Notes under the pieces: generated by a model
What the model was told of the DNA's origin: nothing
Database searches by the model: none
What the model saw: only the letters and a program-made list of their open reading frames with translations
Program-made: the position numbers and the translations under genes
In this document: piece after piece, positions 1 to 9,339 of the stretch
How the letters are laid out: each line of letters starts with the position of its first letter
How positions within the stretch are numbered: position 1 is the first letter of the stretch
Origin: Candidatus Latescibacterota bacterium
GTDB lineage: Bacteria > Latescibacterota > UBA2968
DNA: 64,000 nt
Reading direction: 5' to 3'
NCBI GenBank assembly: GCA_965198115.1
Contig: OZ240241.1
Span: forward strand, 7,744,001-7,808,000

Positions 1-256
1 TCAGGGTCTGTACGGGACTGTTCCCACCGGCGGCGATGCGGTGAGCTACGATGCGGTGCGGTTGCTCTTGGAAGCCGCAGAGCGAGCGGGCAGCCTCGAC
101 GCAGACGCCGTGCGCCAGGAACTGCTGGCTACCGAAGGATACGCCGGGGCAACCCACATCGCCCACTACAACGAACAGCGCCATCCGACAAAAAGCGCGG
201 TCATTATGGCCATCGAGAACGGCGTGAAGAGGTTCCTTCAGCACGTGGATCCGTAA
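1..256 (+). CDS. 3' end of ABC transporter substrate-binding protein (LivJ/LivK-like, type 1 periplasmic binding fold), partial
   Basis: YDAVRLLLEAAERAGSLDADAVRQEL...YAGAT...HPTKSAVIM is the typical C-terminus of branched-chain amino-acid binding proteins; runs off the window start. Confidence 0.75.
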   Translation, partial: QGLYGTVPTGGDAVSYDAVRLLLEAAERAGSLDADAVRQELLATEGYAGATHIAHYNEQRHPTKSAVIMAIENGVKRFLQHVDP

Positions 257-484
257 GGAGGCGTGCTGGCACTAAGCGCGGGATCTGAGGGATCCTGAGC
301 CGCTCGCCTTCAGGCATGCCGCCCAGAGCCCGGGTCGGACGGGGTCTGAGTACGGGTTACGGACCCCCAAGGGGGCCCTCCCCGCGGACGAGGGCCCGCA
401 GGCGGGCGCGAAGAAACGACGCCCATCCTTGATCTTCGGGGCATCACCCAACGAGGCGTCACTAAAGGCCTCTCTTCTACCTTA

Positions 485-1778
485 GGGTTCGCGAATAAAT
501 AAACGGTCGATCTCAATGTTGAGCCATTGGCCGGATCGTGTAGTTCCAGTCGCCGTGGAAATCGTGCGGAGTGAGATCGATTTGGGTCATCTGTTCATCG
601 GTCACCTTGACCCCGTTAGGGTAGGGTCGCTTGTCGATCTCGGAGCGTACTCGGAGACCGGCTTGAGTGGTCGTTCCGGCAATGAGATTCACGGTTGCAG
701 CCAGGCTGACCAGGGGCTTGCCTCGCCAGTTCATAGCGATGAAGGAGAACAGGCGATGTTCGATCTTGTTCCACTTACTAGTGCCAGGAGGGTAGTGGCA
801 TACGGTGATCGTCAGGCCAGTGCGATTCGCAAAGCGCTGCAGCTCCCACTTCCACAGCCGCGTCTTGGCGCCGTTGCTGCCGCCTGCGTCCGCCGTGATT
901 AGCAGATGCGTCGAAGTGCCGTAGGCGGGCCGTCCCATGTTCTTCCACCAACTTCGGATCGCATTCACGGCGAAGCTGGCCGTGTCGTGATCGATACCGA
1001 CACTTACCCAGCCTTCATCACGGCTCAGATCATACACTCCATAAGGGATCGCCTTGCCCTGAGCAGGCACTATGAAATCGTGTACCTTCACACGCTCCGG
1101 GTCTCCCTTGGGTCGCCATTCTCGGCCAGGATTCTTGAAGTCGCCGATCAACTCTTTCTTCTTGGTGTCCACCGAGATAACGGGAAGGCCCTGCTGCTGC
1201 TGCTGGCTAATCCGATCATCGAGGTAAACGAACTGAGCGTCCCGATCCGGGTGTGCAGATCCCTCCCTTGTCTTCCGATTCGCCTGCAGCGTGTAATCGT
1301 GTTCGTGCAGGAGATTGGCAACGATCCTGGGGCTCACCGAATGCCCCATCGCTTGCAACTCGGCGGCCAGTTTGCGAGTGCTCTTCGATGTCCATCTCAG
1401 AGGATTGTCGTCAGGCGACCCCGCAGTCGTTGGCTCGACCAGATCATTCAGGTCCTGCCACAGCGTCGGGTCCGTGTCGGCCTTCCGCTTACGACCGCCG
1501 CCTGGACGCCGGATGCGAGCCGGGTCCAAAGGTTCGTCCGACCTCAACTCCTGAATGCCACGAAAGATCCGCTCTCTGGACATTCCTGTCGCCAGAGCCA
1601 CAATCGCGATCCCACCGTGACCCAACGCTTCGGCTTCCGTGGCGGCCCACAGACGACGCGTGCGTTCCGTCAGCACCGGAGCCAAGGCTTCATACTTCGT
1701 TCGGAGAGTTTCGACGTCCACACTCCGAGCGTAAGATCATTACCTTGAAAAGTGCAGCACTTATTTCGTGGCAAACCC
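485..1778 (-). mobile_element. ISAzo13-family insertion sequence
   Basis: Imperfect TIRs GGGTTCGCGAATAAATAA / GGGTTTGCCACGAAATAA; TTA on both sides (482-484, 1779-1781). Confidence 0.9.
513..1721 (-). CDS. ISAzo13-family DDE transposase
   Basis: Motifs ISVDTKKKE, ITADAGGSNG, PPGTSKWNKIEHRLFS, FHGDWNY. Confidence 0.93.
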   Translation of the reverse strand: MDVETLRTKYEALAPVLTERTRRLWAATEAEALGHGGIAIVALATGMSRERIFRGIQELRSDEPLDPARIRRPGGGRKRKADTDPTLWQDLNDLVEPTTAGSPDDNPLRWTSKSTRKLAAELQAMGHSVSPRIVANLLHEHDYTLQANRKTREGSAHPDRDAQFVYLDDRISQQQQQGLPVISVDTKKKELIGDFKNPGREWRPKGDPERVKVHDFIVPAQGKAIPYGVYDLSRDEGWVSVGIDHDTASFAVNAIRSWWKNMGRPAYGTSTHLLITADAGGSNGAKTRLWKWELQRFANRTGLTITVCHYPPGTSKWNKIEHRLFSFIAMNWRGKPLVSLAATVNLIAGTTTQAGLRVRSEIDKRPYPNGVKVTDEQMTQIDLTPHDFHGDWNYTIRPMAQH

Positions 1779-1781
1779 TTA

Positions 1782-2077
1782 GCGTCTGGATTCACGGGCT
1801 CGCCGGACGCGGCGAGACAGACTTGGCCCGGCCCGTATGAGTCTGCTGACCTCCCCGAAACCGGACCAGCTGGTAGAGGCGAACGCAGGACCGGATCGGG
1901 GAATCCGAACGCGGCGAATGCCCCGAAGTGTCCGAGTTCGTGAAGCACCACCGCGGGGAAGACGATCGCGCCGCCACATGCCCCGGCCAACCACCTGCCG
2001 GATCGGAACCACTCGCCGGGTCGCTGAGGGTGGGTGGTTTCGTCCACAGGTCGTCTTCCGCCCGGCGGGCCGTGCAT
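1782..2077 (-). pseudogene. Fragment of a membrane HExxH (M50-like) metallopeptidase
   Basis: Hydrophobic segment followed by VVLHELGH; degenerate downstream. Confidence 0.45.
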
Positions 2078-2429
2078 ATCGAATCCTGTCTTGGGAAGAT
2101 TGCGTGGTTGCCCGATGCCGATCTAAACGAATCTCCAGTAGGAGAGCGACAGGGCACGATCGGAGGAGGCGATCATCGTGAACGACCCATTGAACACGGA
2201 AGAGGGAATGGCCGCTTGGGCAACCGGTCAAGCACGTTGCTCCCCTGTGATTCGCCGGCTTCTGTTGAGGCAATTCTAACCAGTTCTTGTAGTATGCCTG
2301 CGCAGATCCAATCCCGATGGGCTCGATTTTGTCGAGCGTGATCTCATAGGCGGTTCGCGGAACTCATCGTGAACAGAGTGCGGCATTGGCCGTTCCTGGA
2401 CGCCCGAGCAGCCGTGGGAAGCAGCCCTG

Positions 2430-2745
2430 GTTCTTGGCTAGCGGCTGCGCATAGGTCAGTCCGAAGACGTTATCCAACAGCCATCGCCGGAACCCCTCGT
2501 TGTCCGTGAACTGTTGAAGAGTTGCATGTCGTCGTTGAGCACGGCAGTCATCACGCGCTTCAGGGCTTCGTCATGCTCGATCCGGGCGTTCTGCCTGTCG
2601 GAGTTCTCCCGGGCGTTGCGGTAGGCGGTGTCCCCCGCAACCTTGGCCGGAATCTCTTCCGTAATGAGGTGCGAACCCGGTCCGCGTCCTCCCAGGGGAT
2701 ATCCCCGAACTGGTCGTTGAAGGTCTTGAGGATGTTCGAGAGGCT
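2430..2745 (-). pseudogene. hsdR: Type I restriction subunit R, C-terminal fragment (frameshifted)
   Basis: Manual translation LSNILKTFNDQFGDIPWEDADRV..ITEEIPAKVAGDTAYRNARENSDRQNARIEHDEALKRVM..F.DNEGFRRWL matches HsdR C-termini. Confidence 0.7.
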
Positions 2746-3194
2746 TTACGAAGCAGGCAAGAATCTACAGGCAGAAGACGAAATCATTGCCTGGTTTCAA
2801 GAAGACACGATTAATCGATTTGCGATCGTGCGGGCCAAGAGATTCAACAAGGCAGGGAACAGATGGCATCAACTTCGAGAAGCGCTGAAATTAACATTCG
2901 AAGAGCGGTACTGGTCGGCGGTGCCTTTGATTCTGATCGCATGTGACGGCTTCGCCTCGGATGTTCTTGGCACCAGCCCGTTCGAAAAGGACGCCGACCT
3001 TACGGCATTCGACTCGATCACAGGACATTCGAATTCCCTGCCGGCCTTCTTCTCGCCCTCTGTAATCAGGAGCGCTACCGACGTGTCCTGTAGATCAACC
3101 TGATTGCCGCCACTCTTCAGCATGGTTAACGAACGCACCATCCTGCTCATGCTCAAGCTCCCACTTCATTGCCAGAAGCTCACCGATCCGGAGA

Positions 3195-3270
3195 CCGGTC
3201 GACGTGTTCAAAGCTGTTGGTTCGATTGAAGAGGATGTCACCAGGAACGAGCCGATATTTGGCTGCGCAA
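3195..3270 (-). pseudogene. hsdS: Type I RM specificity subunit TRD fragment
   Basis: KYRLVPGDILFNRTNS motif typical of HsdS target-recognition domains. Confidence 0.6.
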
Positions 3271-3447
3271 GATGCTGGTAGACGAGTACCTAGTCGCCGT
3301 TTGATCTTGGATGTCGATGACCTTCTGGCGTGAGGCTGGCCAATGTCATCGGCACTGTATCGCCGCTGCACTCGGACAGATGTCAGATCAAGGAGACCGG
3401 CCGGATCAGCCGGCATGGCCCTGTCCCGCTGAGCATCCCCCTTCACG

Positions 3448-4038
3448 ATGAAGGAAGAGATGATAAGAGACGTCCGGCGTTTTCCGTGGCCGTGCCGGTT
3501 GTTGCTGCTTCTGACGGTGGGTCTGTTTGCCGCCTGCAGTAACAATCCGGTATCCGTCGAGTCGTCCTCTCAGGATTTGAGGGATATCGGCCGGATTGAA
3601 GAGCTCCAGGAGATGTTCAACCGCGATGTTGGTGTATCCCGCCTGATTCTGCTGCTCTCGCCCACGTGAGGGGTTTGCCGGACAGGCGCCAGTTGGGTGC
3701 AAGAGGAGATTCTGGAAAAGAATCGTGCGGCAGAGGTGAAGGTTTACGCGGTCTGGCTTCCGATGATCGCCAGCGATGCCCGGTCGGAGTGGAAAAAGAG
3801 CCTGCTTCCGGACTCGAGGGTGATTCATCTGTGGGATGAGCAGCGGGTTGTGGGACGGTGGTTCGCGGCACAGGGGCGGTATGGGGAAGACGTGGATGTG
3901 GTCTGGGATATTTATTTTCTGTTCGGGCCCGAGGCGCGGTGGGAAGCGCTGCCAGACCCCCTGTTGAGCTGGGGGAGCACGGTTGTGAGGACCCGGGAGC
4001 AGCTCCGGAGGGATTTTCTGGCCCTTTTGGACAGGTAA
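3448..4038 (+). CDS. Selenocysteine-containing thioredoxin-fold lipoprotein (UxxC), 196 aa via UGA readthrough at 3667-3669
   Basis: ORFs 3448-3669 and 3697-4038 are in one frame: LLSPT-TGA-GGG-GTT-TGC = T-U-G-V-C, then RTGASWVQEEIL..KVYAVWLPM; lipobox LFAAC; hairpin just downstream of UGA. Confidence 0.85.
3675..3702 (+). promoter_or_regulatory. Candidate bacterial SECIS hairpin
   Basis: GCGCC-AGTTG-GGTGC stem-loop (3686-3700) 16 nt after UGA with G in the loop, plus TTGC/GCAA pairing potential. Confidence 0.55.
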
Positions 4039-4043
4039 GTGGG

Positions 4044-4103
4044 AGTTGGCCGAGGCCGGAAACCCGGTAACGGTAAATCCAGCAACGCGACCCGGCCTTG
4101 AGA
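4044..4103. repeat. 60-nt structured repeat (copy 1 of 3)
   Basis: Identical to 36726-36785; one mismatch to the reverse complement of 35704-35763. Confidence 0.9.
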
Positions 4104-4131
4104 ATCGAGATATCCAGAGCCTGGTCGGCCA

Positions 4132-4221
4132 CTGATTGTCCTACACACACAACCAAGCGTAGGGAACGATCTATGACCTTGTCATTCTATAGTTTCACCG
4201 TTGAGAAACCCGGATAGAGCC
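4132..4221 (-). mobile_element. ISL3 left-end remnant
   Basis: Matches the first ~90 bp of the full ISL3 copies including TIR GGCTCTATCCGGGTTTCTCAACG. Confidence 0.9.
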
Positions 4222-4241
4222 ATTTATTTGCCGCACTGCAC

Positions 4242-4481
4242 TTACCGATGAAGGGCGACGATCTCGCCGCCGATCTGGCGCTCGAGAAGGTCGATCTGCT
4301 CCTGCAGCGCGGCGGCCATCCCTTCCACATCAGCCGCCGTCTCGTCTGCGATCTGCCTAAGAGCCCGCAGACGCGTGTCCGATTTTTCGTCCTCATCGTT
4401 CGCAATCCCGGCGATGACCTCGATGCGATCCCGGCGGTGCGTGAGCGGAATATCGGACAAGTCAACGCGGAATTCGGCCAA
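4242..4481 (-). CDS. Small helical hypothetical protein or fragment (phage-like)
   Basis: RQIADETAADVEGM motif recurs as KQIADETAADIEGM at ~54510-54610 (+), supporting this frame as coding. Confidence 0.5.
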   Translation of the reverse strand: MAEFRVDLSDIPLTHRRDRIEVIAGIANDEDEKSDTRLRALRQIADETAADVEGMAAALQEQIDLLERQIGGEIVALHR

Positions 4482-4562
4482 GGCACGGGCTTTTGAACGG
4501 ATCGCCGGCGGCGGTATTACCTGATGTTCCCGGTCTCGACTGCCCGTGTCTTTCTCTCGCGC

Positions 4563-5939
4563 CTACACGTTCTCTATTGGGATAACGAACATCTTCAGCC
4601 CATCGAAGAACTCCGTGCCCATGCGCATTGATTCTGGCGTTTCCTTAAAGGAAGGCATCAATATGGTCTCAAAGCCATTACGATCCTGGGTGTAATTCAC
4701 CAGCAGGCCCCGCGCCTTTCCATAGTAGGCCAGCCCACCTTGAATTAGGCCACAGCACCGCTTGATCACCTCGTTCCTAGAGAATCCTTTGCATGACGAA
4801 AGGATATACAGAAAGTCTGGCTTTGAATCCAAATGTGCTGCCCGATAGACCATTGATTCCTTCGAATTGTCTTCGCTGACCATCTTGACTGCATGAGACA
4901 GCGATGCCCCGAGCCTTCGTCTTTCATCCAGGACTAAGTCGCAAAGCTCATCCTGCATCAAAAGGTAGTTACTTCTGTCGGACGCTGGATCGAACAGATC
5001 GACAATCCACTCATCCAGTCCTTCGTCGTACTTGTCCAGCCTTTCGGACAGATCATTCGACACCCGTTCCAAGGCGCGGCCAAGTAAGTCGGCGCGCCCT
5101 TTCCTGTTGATAAGTTCCTCGACCGCACCTCTTCGTTCGTGAAGTTCTCGCAGGATGTCTTGCATCCCGTCTACCTCACGAGGTGATCCCCCGTAGAGAA
5201 CGAAAAACTCGAAAATGGCCTTCTCGATTCCAACGGTTCGTTGCAGCTCGGGACAGATTGAACAACGTGCGTCCAGATATAGAAGGAGGTCATTGATCGT
5301 TCTCAGTTCGTTCACAATGTTCAAGAAGTCGTTTACGGAGAGATAGGAAACGGGAACCGAATCGATCTCAAGTGGCATGTCCTGGCTGAGAGCTACTTCC
5401 TCCTGTGTTTCGACGACGACTACAGCACGGACGGGTTCGATTTGGTTAGGCTTGAAGGAGACCTGTCCTCGCCTCGGGTGGTTGCACCAAAACTCTCGCG
5501 TCTTGGATGTCTTGATGCCACCCCTCACTTGCCTCAATGCAGCTTCCGCACTCTTCTGTACCCACCAAACGAGTTTGTCTCCGGTCCTTTTTTCAGGGTC
5601 CTGCTGACATTTCATCGAAACGAAGATTCCCCTGTTCCTCAGCGCGAGTAGCAGGTCGACGACCTCCTTGTCTGACTTGACTGTGTACTGGGGACTTCGA
5701 AAGACGTTCTCCCAAGTCAGAGGCACGCTCGCCAGCCGCTCAAGAAACCTTTCGGCTTGATCCGTTCTTTGCACTCTGGAGTCCAATTTAGTAGGCGCTT
5801 CCGTGTGTTGCGTCGCAGCTGCCGATGATGGGCGCTCATAGCGCTCGACAATGACCTCACTAGCTCGCGCCCGCATCTGCGAGGCGTCGTACCAGGCCTT
5901 CATCCGCAGCAGCATGTCCAAGCGAACAAGGGCCGCCAT
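4563..5939 (-). CDS. Hypothetical protein with NERD-like PD-(D/E)xK nuclease N-domain (true start probably downstream of 5939)
   Basis: Long ORF; KEVVDLLL..IFVSMK..A.RQV.G pattern resembles NERD; duplicated at 49727-53730. Confidence 0.6.
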   Translation of the reverse strand: MAALVRLDMLLRMKAWYDASQMRARASEVIVERYERPSSAAATQHTEAPTKLDSRVQRTDQAERFLERLASVPLTWENVFRSPQYTVKSDKEVVDLLLALRNRGIFVSMKCQQDPEKRTGDKLVWWVQKSAEAALRQVRGGIKTSKTREFWCNHPRRGQVSFKPNQIEPVRAVVVVETQEEVALSQDMPLEIDSVPVSYLSVNDFLNIVNELRTINDLLLYLDARCSICPELQRTVGIEKAIFEFFVLYGGSPREVDGMQDILRELHERRGAVEELINRKGRADLLGRALERVSNDLSERLDKYDEGLDEWIVDLFDPASDRSNYLLMQDELCDLVLDERRRLGASLSHAVKMVSEDNSKESMVYRAAHLDSKPDFLYILSSCKGFSRNEVIKRCCGLIQGGLAYYGKARGLLVNYTQDRNGFETILMPSFKETPESMRMGTEFFDGLKMFVIPIENV

Positions 5940-6149
5940 GCGCCGCGACGGGCCAACGCCCTAACCATCAGCCTTTAGGTGTGTCTAACTAAACCTTGGT
6001 AAGCCCCCGGCTCTGCCGGGAAGACTCCCAGAGTTTGACAGTTCCAGAAATATGTAAGAGCCTCCCTTGCCGTGGACCGCTCAAAGCACACGGAAGGAAG
6101 GCTCTCTAATGAACAACGTAAGGAGTCTACGTCACACGGTATGGGAGTG

Positions 6150-7523
6150 GAGCTCAGGTCAATAGGTGTGTAAAAGAAATCAGGCGGCCATCTTCCCGGC
6201 TTCGACCTGCGGTCCGGTTGAGTGTTTCTGATCGTAGACTTGTTGTAGCAAGTGTGGCGCGGTGAGTTTCCTGAATCGGCTCTCTGCGACCTTGAGCGTA
6301 CGCCAGATGAGAGTCGTGGCGTTCCTGACTTTCTTGAATCGCCTGGCGGCGTTTGTGCGAAGCCGAACGGAAGCAAAGGGGCTCTCGACGACGTTCGTGG
6401 TTCTCAGGTGTTTCCAGTGTTCCTTCGGGAAGTCGTAGAACGTGACCATCCGATCCCAGTTTCTTTCGAGCGTCTCCACGGCGGCAGGGAACTGTGAGCG
6501 ATACCGTGCGGCAAAGCGTTTCCGGAGCTTCTCGGCCTCCTTTTTCGTGCCGGCATAGGGGATCTGGACGAGCAGTGCGCGGGCTTCAGCCTGTGCACGC
6601 TTGGCGACCTTGTCGAGCACGTTGAGGATCTTGTGGTTCCAGCACCGTTGTTGCCGGCTCTCTGGCCAGACCTGATCAACGGCCGCCCAGATGCCCATAT
6701 TCCCGTCCGCGGCGATCAGGACAGGATGTTCGAGCCCGCGATCCCGGAGATCCCGGAGCACCGTGAGCCAGGATTCTGTAGACTCTCGATAACCGGGTTC
6801 TATCGCCAGGATCTCCTTGCTGCCGTCGCTCATCGCGCCGATCACGACCAGCAGACACGCCTTCTCGCGCTCGAGCCCGGCTTTGACGTAGATGCCATCA
6901 GCCCAGGCGTAGACCAGTTCGCGATTATCCAGACGCCTTTCTTTCCAGTCCTGGAAGTCGACCTCCCACTTCCCTCGAAGACGAGCGATCGAGGTCGGCG
7001 AAAGCGGCGCGCCATCACCGAGCAGCGCACGCAAAGACAACTCGAAGTCGCCCTGGGAGAGACCGTGGAGATAAAGGTCGGGAAGCAGATCTCCAATGGC
7101 CCTGGTTCTCCGGGCGAACAGGGGGAGGATGCGGCTTTCAAACCGCTCTTCCAGACCACGAACCCGGGGACGCCGGACCTTGATCGTTCCGCAGCTCGTC
7201 GAGAGACGCCGGGGCTTGCCGTAGCCGTTCCTGTAGCCCCTGGAGCTATCGACCTCGGCTCGGCGCTCATACCACGACCGGCCCAAGAACGCGGTCGCCT
7301 CCTCCTCCAGAATGGACTGGAACCGGCCCTGGATCTCTTCACGGATCCAATCGTCAACCGTCTCCCACGTCGGCATGGACTTCAATGGGGCTCTATGCGT
7401 ATGTTCCTTCACGGCGATCCTCCTTCCCAACCGGGCCTCTCACCCGGTTTTGTGTGAATCAACTATCTCACGGGAAGGGTAGGGTCGCCCTTTCTCTTTT
7501 TCCACACCTTTTGATTATAGCTC
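6150..7523 (-). mobile_element. IS256-family element type A (complete)
   Basis: TIRs GAGCTCAGGTCAATAGGTGTG / GAGCTATAATCAAAAGGTGTG; TSD TGGGAGTG (6142-6149, 7524-7531). Confidence 0.93.
6180..7430 (-). CDS. IS256 (mutator-type) transposase
   Basis: YRNGY, WADGIY, QRCWNHK, LRTTNVVES motifs. Confidence 0.93.
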   Translation of the reverse strand: MGRRIAVKEHTHRAPLKSMPTWETVDDWIREEIQGRFQSILEEEATAFLGRSWYERRAEVDSSRGYRNGYGKPRRLSTSCGTIKVRRPRVRGLEERFESRILPLFARRTRAIGDLLPDLYLHGLSQGDFELSLRALLGDGAPLSPTSIARLRGKWEVDFQDWKERRLDNRELVYAWADGIYVKAGLEREKACLLVVIGAMSDGSKEILAIEPGYRESTESWLTVLRDLRDRGLEHPVLIAADGNMGIWAAVDQVWPESRQQRCWNHKILNVLDKVAKRAQAEARALLVQIPYAGTKKEAEKLRKRFAARYRSQFPAAVETLERNWDRMVTFYDFPKEHWKHLRTTNVVESPFASVRLRTNAARRFKKVRNATTLIWRTLKVAESRFRKLTAPHLLQQVYDQKHSTGPQVEAGKMAA

Positions 7524-8203
7524 TGGGAGTGCAAGTATCACGTTGTTTGGGTTCGGAAGTATCGTAGAAAAGTGTTGTATGGTGAAATTCGTCGCTATCT
7601 GGGCGAGGTGATTCGGGATCTGGCCGCACAGAAGGAATGCCGTGTGGAAGAGGGTCACCTGCGATCCGACCATGTGCACATGCTGATTTCGATCCCGCCG
7701 AAGCACTCAGTAGCTCAGACGGTAGGGTTCATCAAAGGAAAGAGTGCGATTCACATTGCTCGGAACTATCTGGGACGCAGGTCGAACTTCACCGGGCAGC
7801 ATTTCTGGGCAAGAGGCTACTGGGTCTCCACCGTTGGCAAGGATGAACAGACGGTTCGGGAGTATATCCAGAACCAGGAGCGGGAGGACCGGCGTCTCGA
7901 CCAGCTCAACATTTTCAGGTAATCGCCACCTTTAGGTGGCGCTTGGTTTCCAACCGCTTTGAGCGGTTCACAAGTTTTCAAGCCTCCGGCTTTGCCGGAG
8001 GTCATGACTAACTGTCAGTGCCCCGCTGATCTTAGGCCACCGATTCAGCCCGATAAGCTACTTATCAGAAGAAATTGAGCTGAGTCCCGCGAACAACAAT
8101 GAGCGTCAGGCCTCCAAGACCGCCGAAAATGAGGCGGGCGGGCCAATCGGATGGAAACTGCATTTTAGACATCGGGCTACCCTTCCTTTCTGGGCGCACT
8201 AAC

Positions 8204-9249
8204 CTATGAGCGCAATTTCTTACTGAACGCGCTTGTGCCGAAGTCGAACCAAGGCGGCCGTCGAATTTTGAACCGCGCCTCGCGCACATTGTATTTGGTG
8301 TCGGGTTTGGCTTCGAAGACAACCTGCCTGATGATCGACAGCGCGGCACCGTACGCGTCAACGGCCTTGGACAGCGTCATGTCGCCGCCATACCTCATGA
8401 CAGTCGCGTCGCGTCCGGACGGGATTAGCGCCAGCTTTACGCGATCAATGGCCTCAGCGCCCAGACTCTCTGCCCGATCTGCCAGCTTAGAAAGCTCGTG
8501 GGTATGAGGCGACGTCTGTCCTCTTCGCCAAATGAGAAGCTTCAGCGCCTTCTCCGTGGCCTGCGACGCATCCCACGCGGCCGAGCGCAAGCCGGCTTCG
8601 TTCCGTTCACAGAGATTCCGAGCGCTGCTTTGAAGATCCGCGCGAACCCATCCAGCTAATTCCGCGATGCTGAAATTCTTTTCATGCTCCAATGACCGGA
8701 CGTCGAAGCCGATGCTCCGAACCAGATTTGCGGTCTCCAAAGCCGCTCTCTCCTGAAAACATCCAGCTCTTCGCGTGACAACCTGCGGATCACGCCTCTG
8801 CTCTGAATCCAGCTAAGCGGGTCTTCTTCTGCCTGAACCGATGCCGGAAATCCGATCCAGACCATATTCGGCTCATCGGTGGATGTCTTAAAATCCTTGG
8901 GCACCCGCATGGCGAACGGCGTTCCATGGACAAGCAACATCGACACAAAGACGCCGTCTTCGTCATCATCGACGGCGTCGCCGTAGCGACCGCGATACCA
9001 GTTCTCGATGACGATCAGAATTCGTCCGTGCGCCTCGCTGAGAAGGAATGCCTTGTAGTCGGAAACTTCGAGCATCGTGTCCCGCACGACGTCGAAGGCC
9101 TTCAGTTTGCGGGCCGAAATCGGCACGTTCGCCTGACTAAGCGCTTGGTCGATTTGAGGAAGCGCTTCATGCAGGATCGCAGCGACTTTCTTCCAGTCTC
9201 TTATGTCATCGGCCACAAATATCGCCTTCTCTCGTTCACTAAGCTGCAT
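8204..9249 (-). pseudogene. HEPN domain-containing protein, frameshifted near 8745
   Basis: Overlapping ORFs 8656-9249 and 8204-8740; C-half has AAWDASQATEKALK..THEL..RY HEPN signature. Confidence 0.7.
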
Positions 9250-9339
9250 TGAATGAAGCTCAACAACAGTAAGAAAGAAGCCACACCGGTGACTAGGCTC
9301 GAGGTTCATCGACACCGAGGTCCTGGTATCGCGCGAAGC

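Larger units (their letters stand above)
6109..7922 (+). pseudogene. tnpA: IS200 Y1 HUH transposase split by IS256
   Basis: MNNVRSLRHTVWE|CKYHVVWVRKYRRK..DHVHM..FWARGY..VREYIQNQE rejoins across the 8-bp TSD. Confidence 0.9.
5991..8009 (+). mobile_element. IS200/IS605-family element interrupted by IS256
   Basis: Subterminal hairpins CCCCCGGCTCTGCCGGG (~6004) and CCTCCGGCTTTGCCGGAGG (~7983) flank a split tnpA; exact ends approximate. Confidence 0.8.

Noticed and set aside
906-1840. Long antisense or alternate-frame ORFs over transposases and other genes (many in the track)
   Set aside because: Shadow ORFs expected at high GC; the opposite strand carries the recognisable motifs
8013-8045. Possible IS21-like end TGTCAGTGCCCC..AGGCCAC
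   Set aside because: Similarity too short to support
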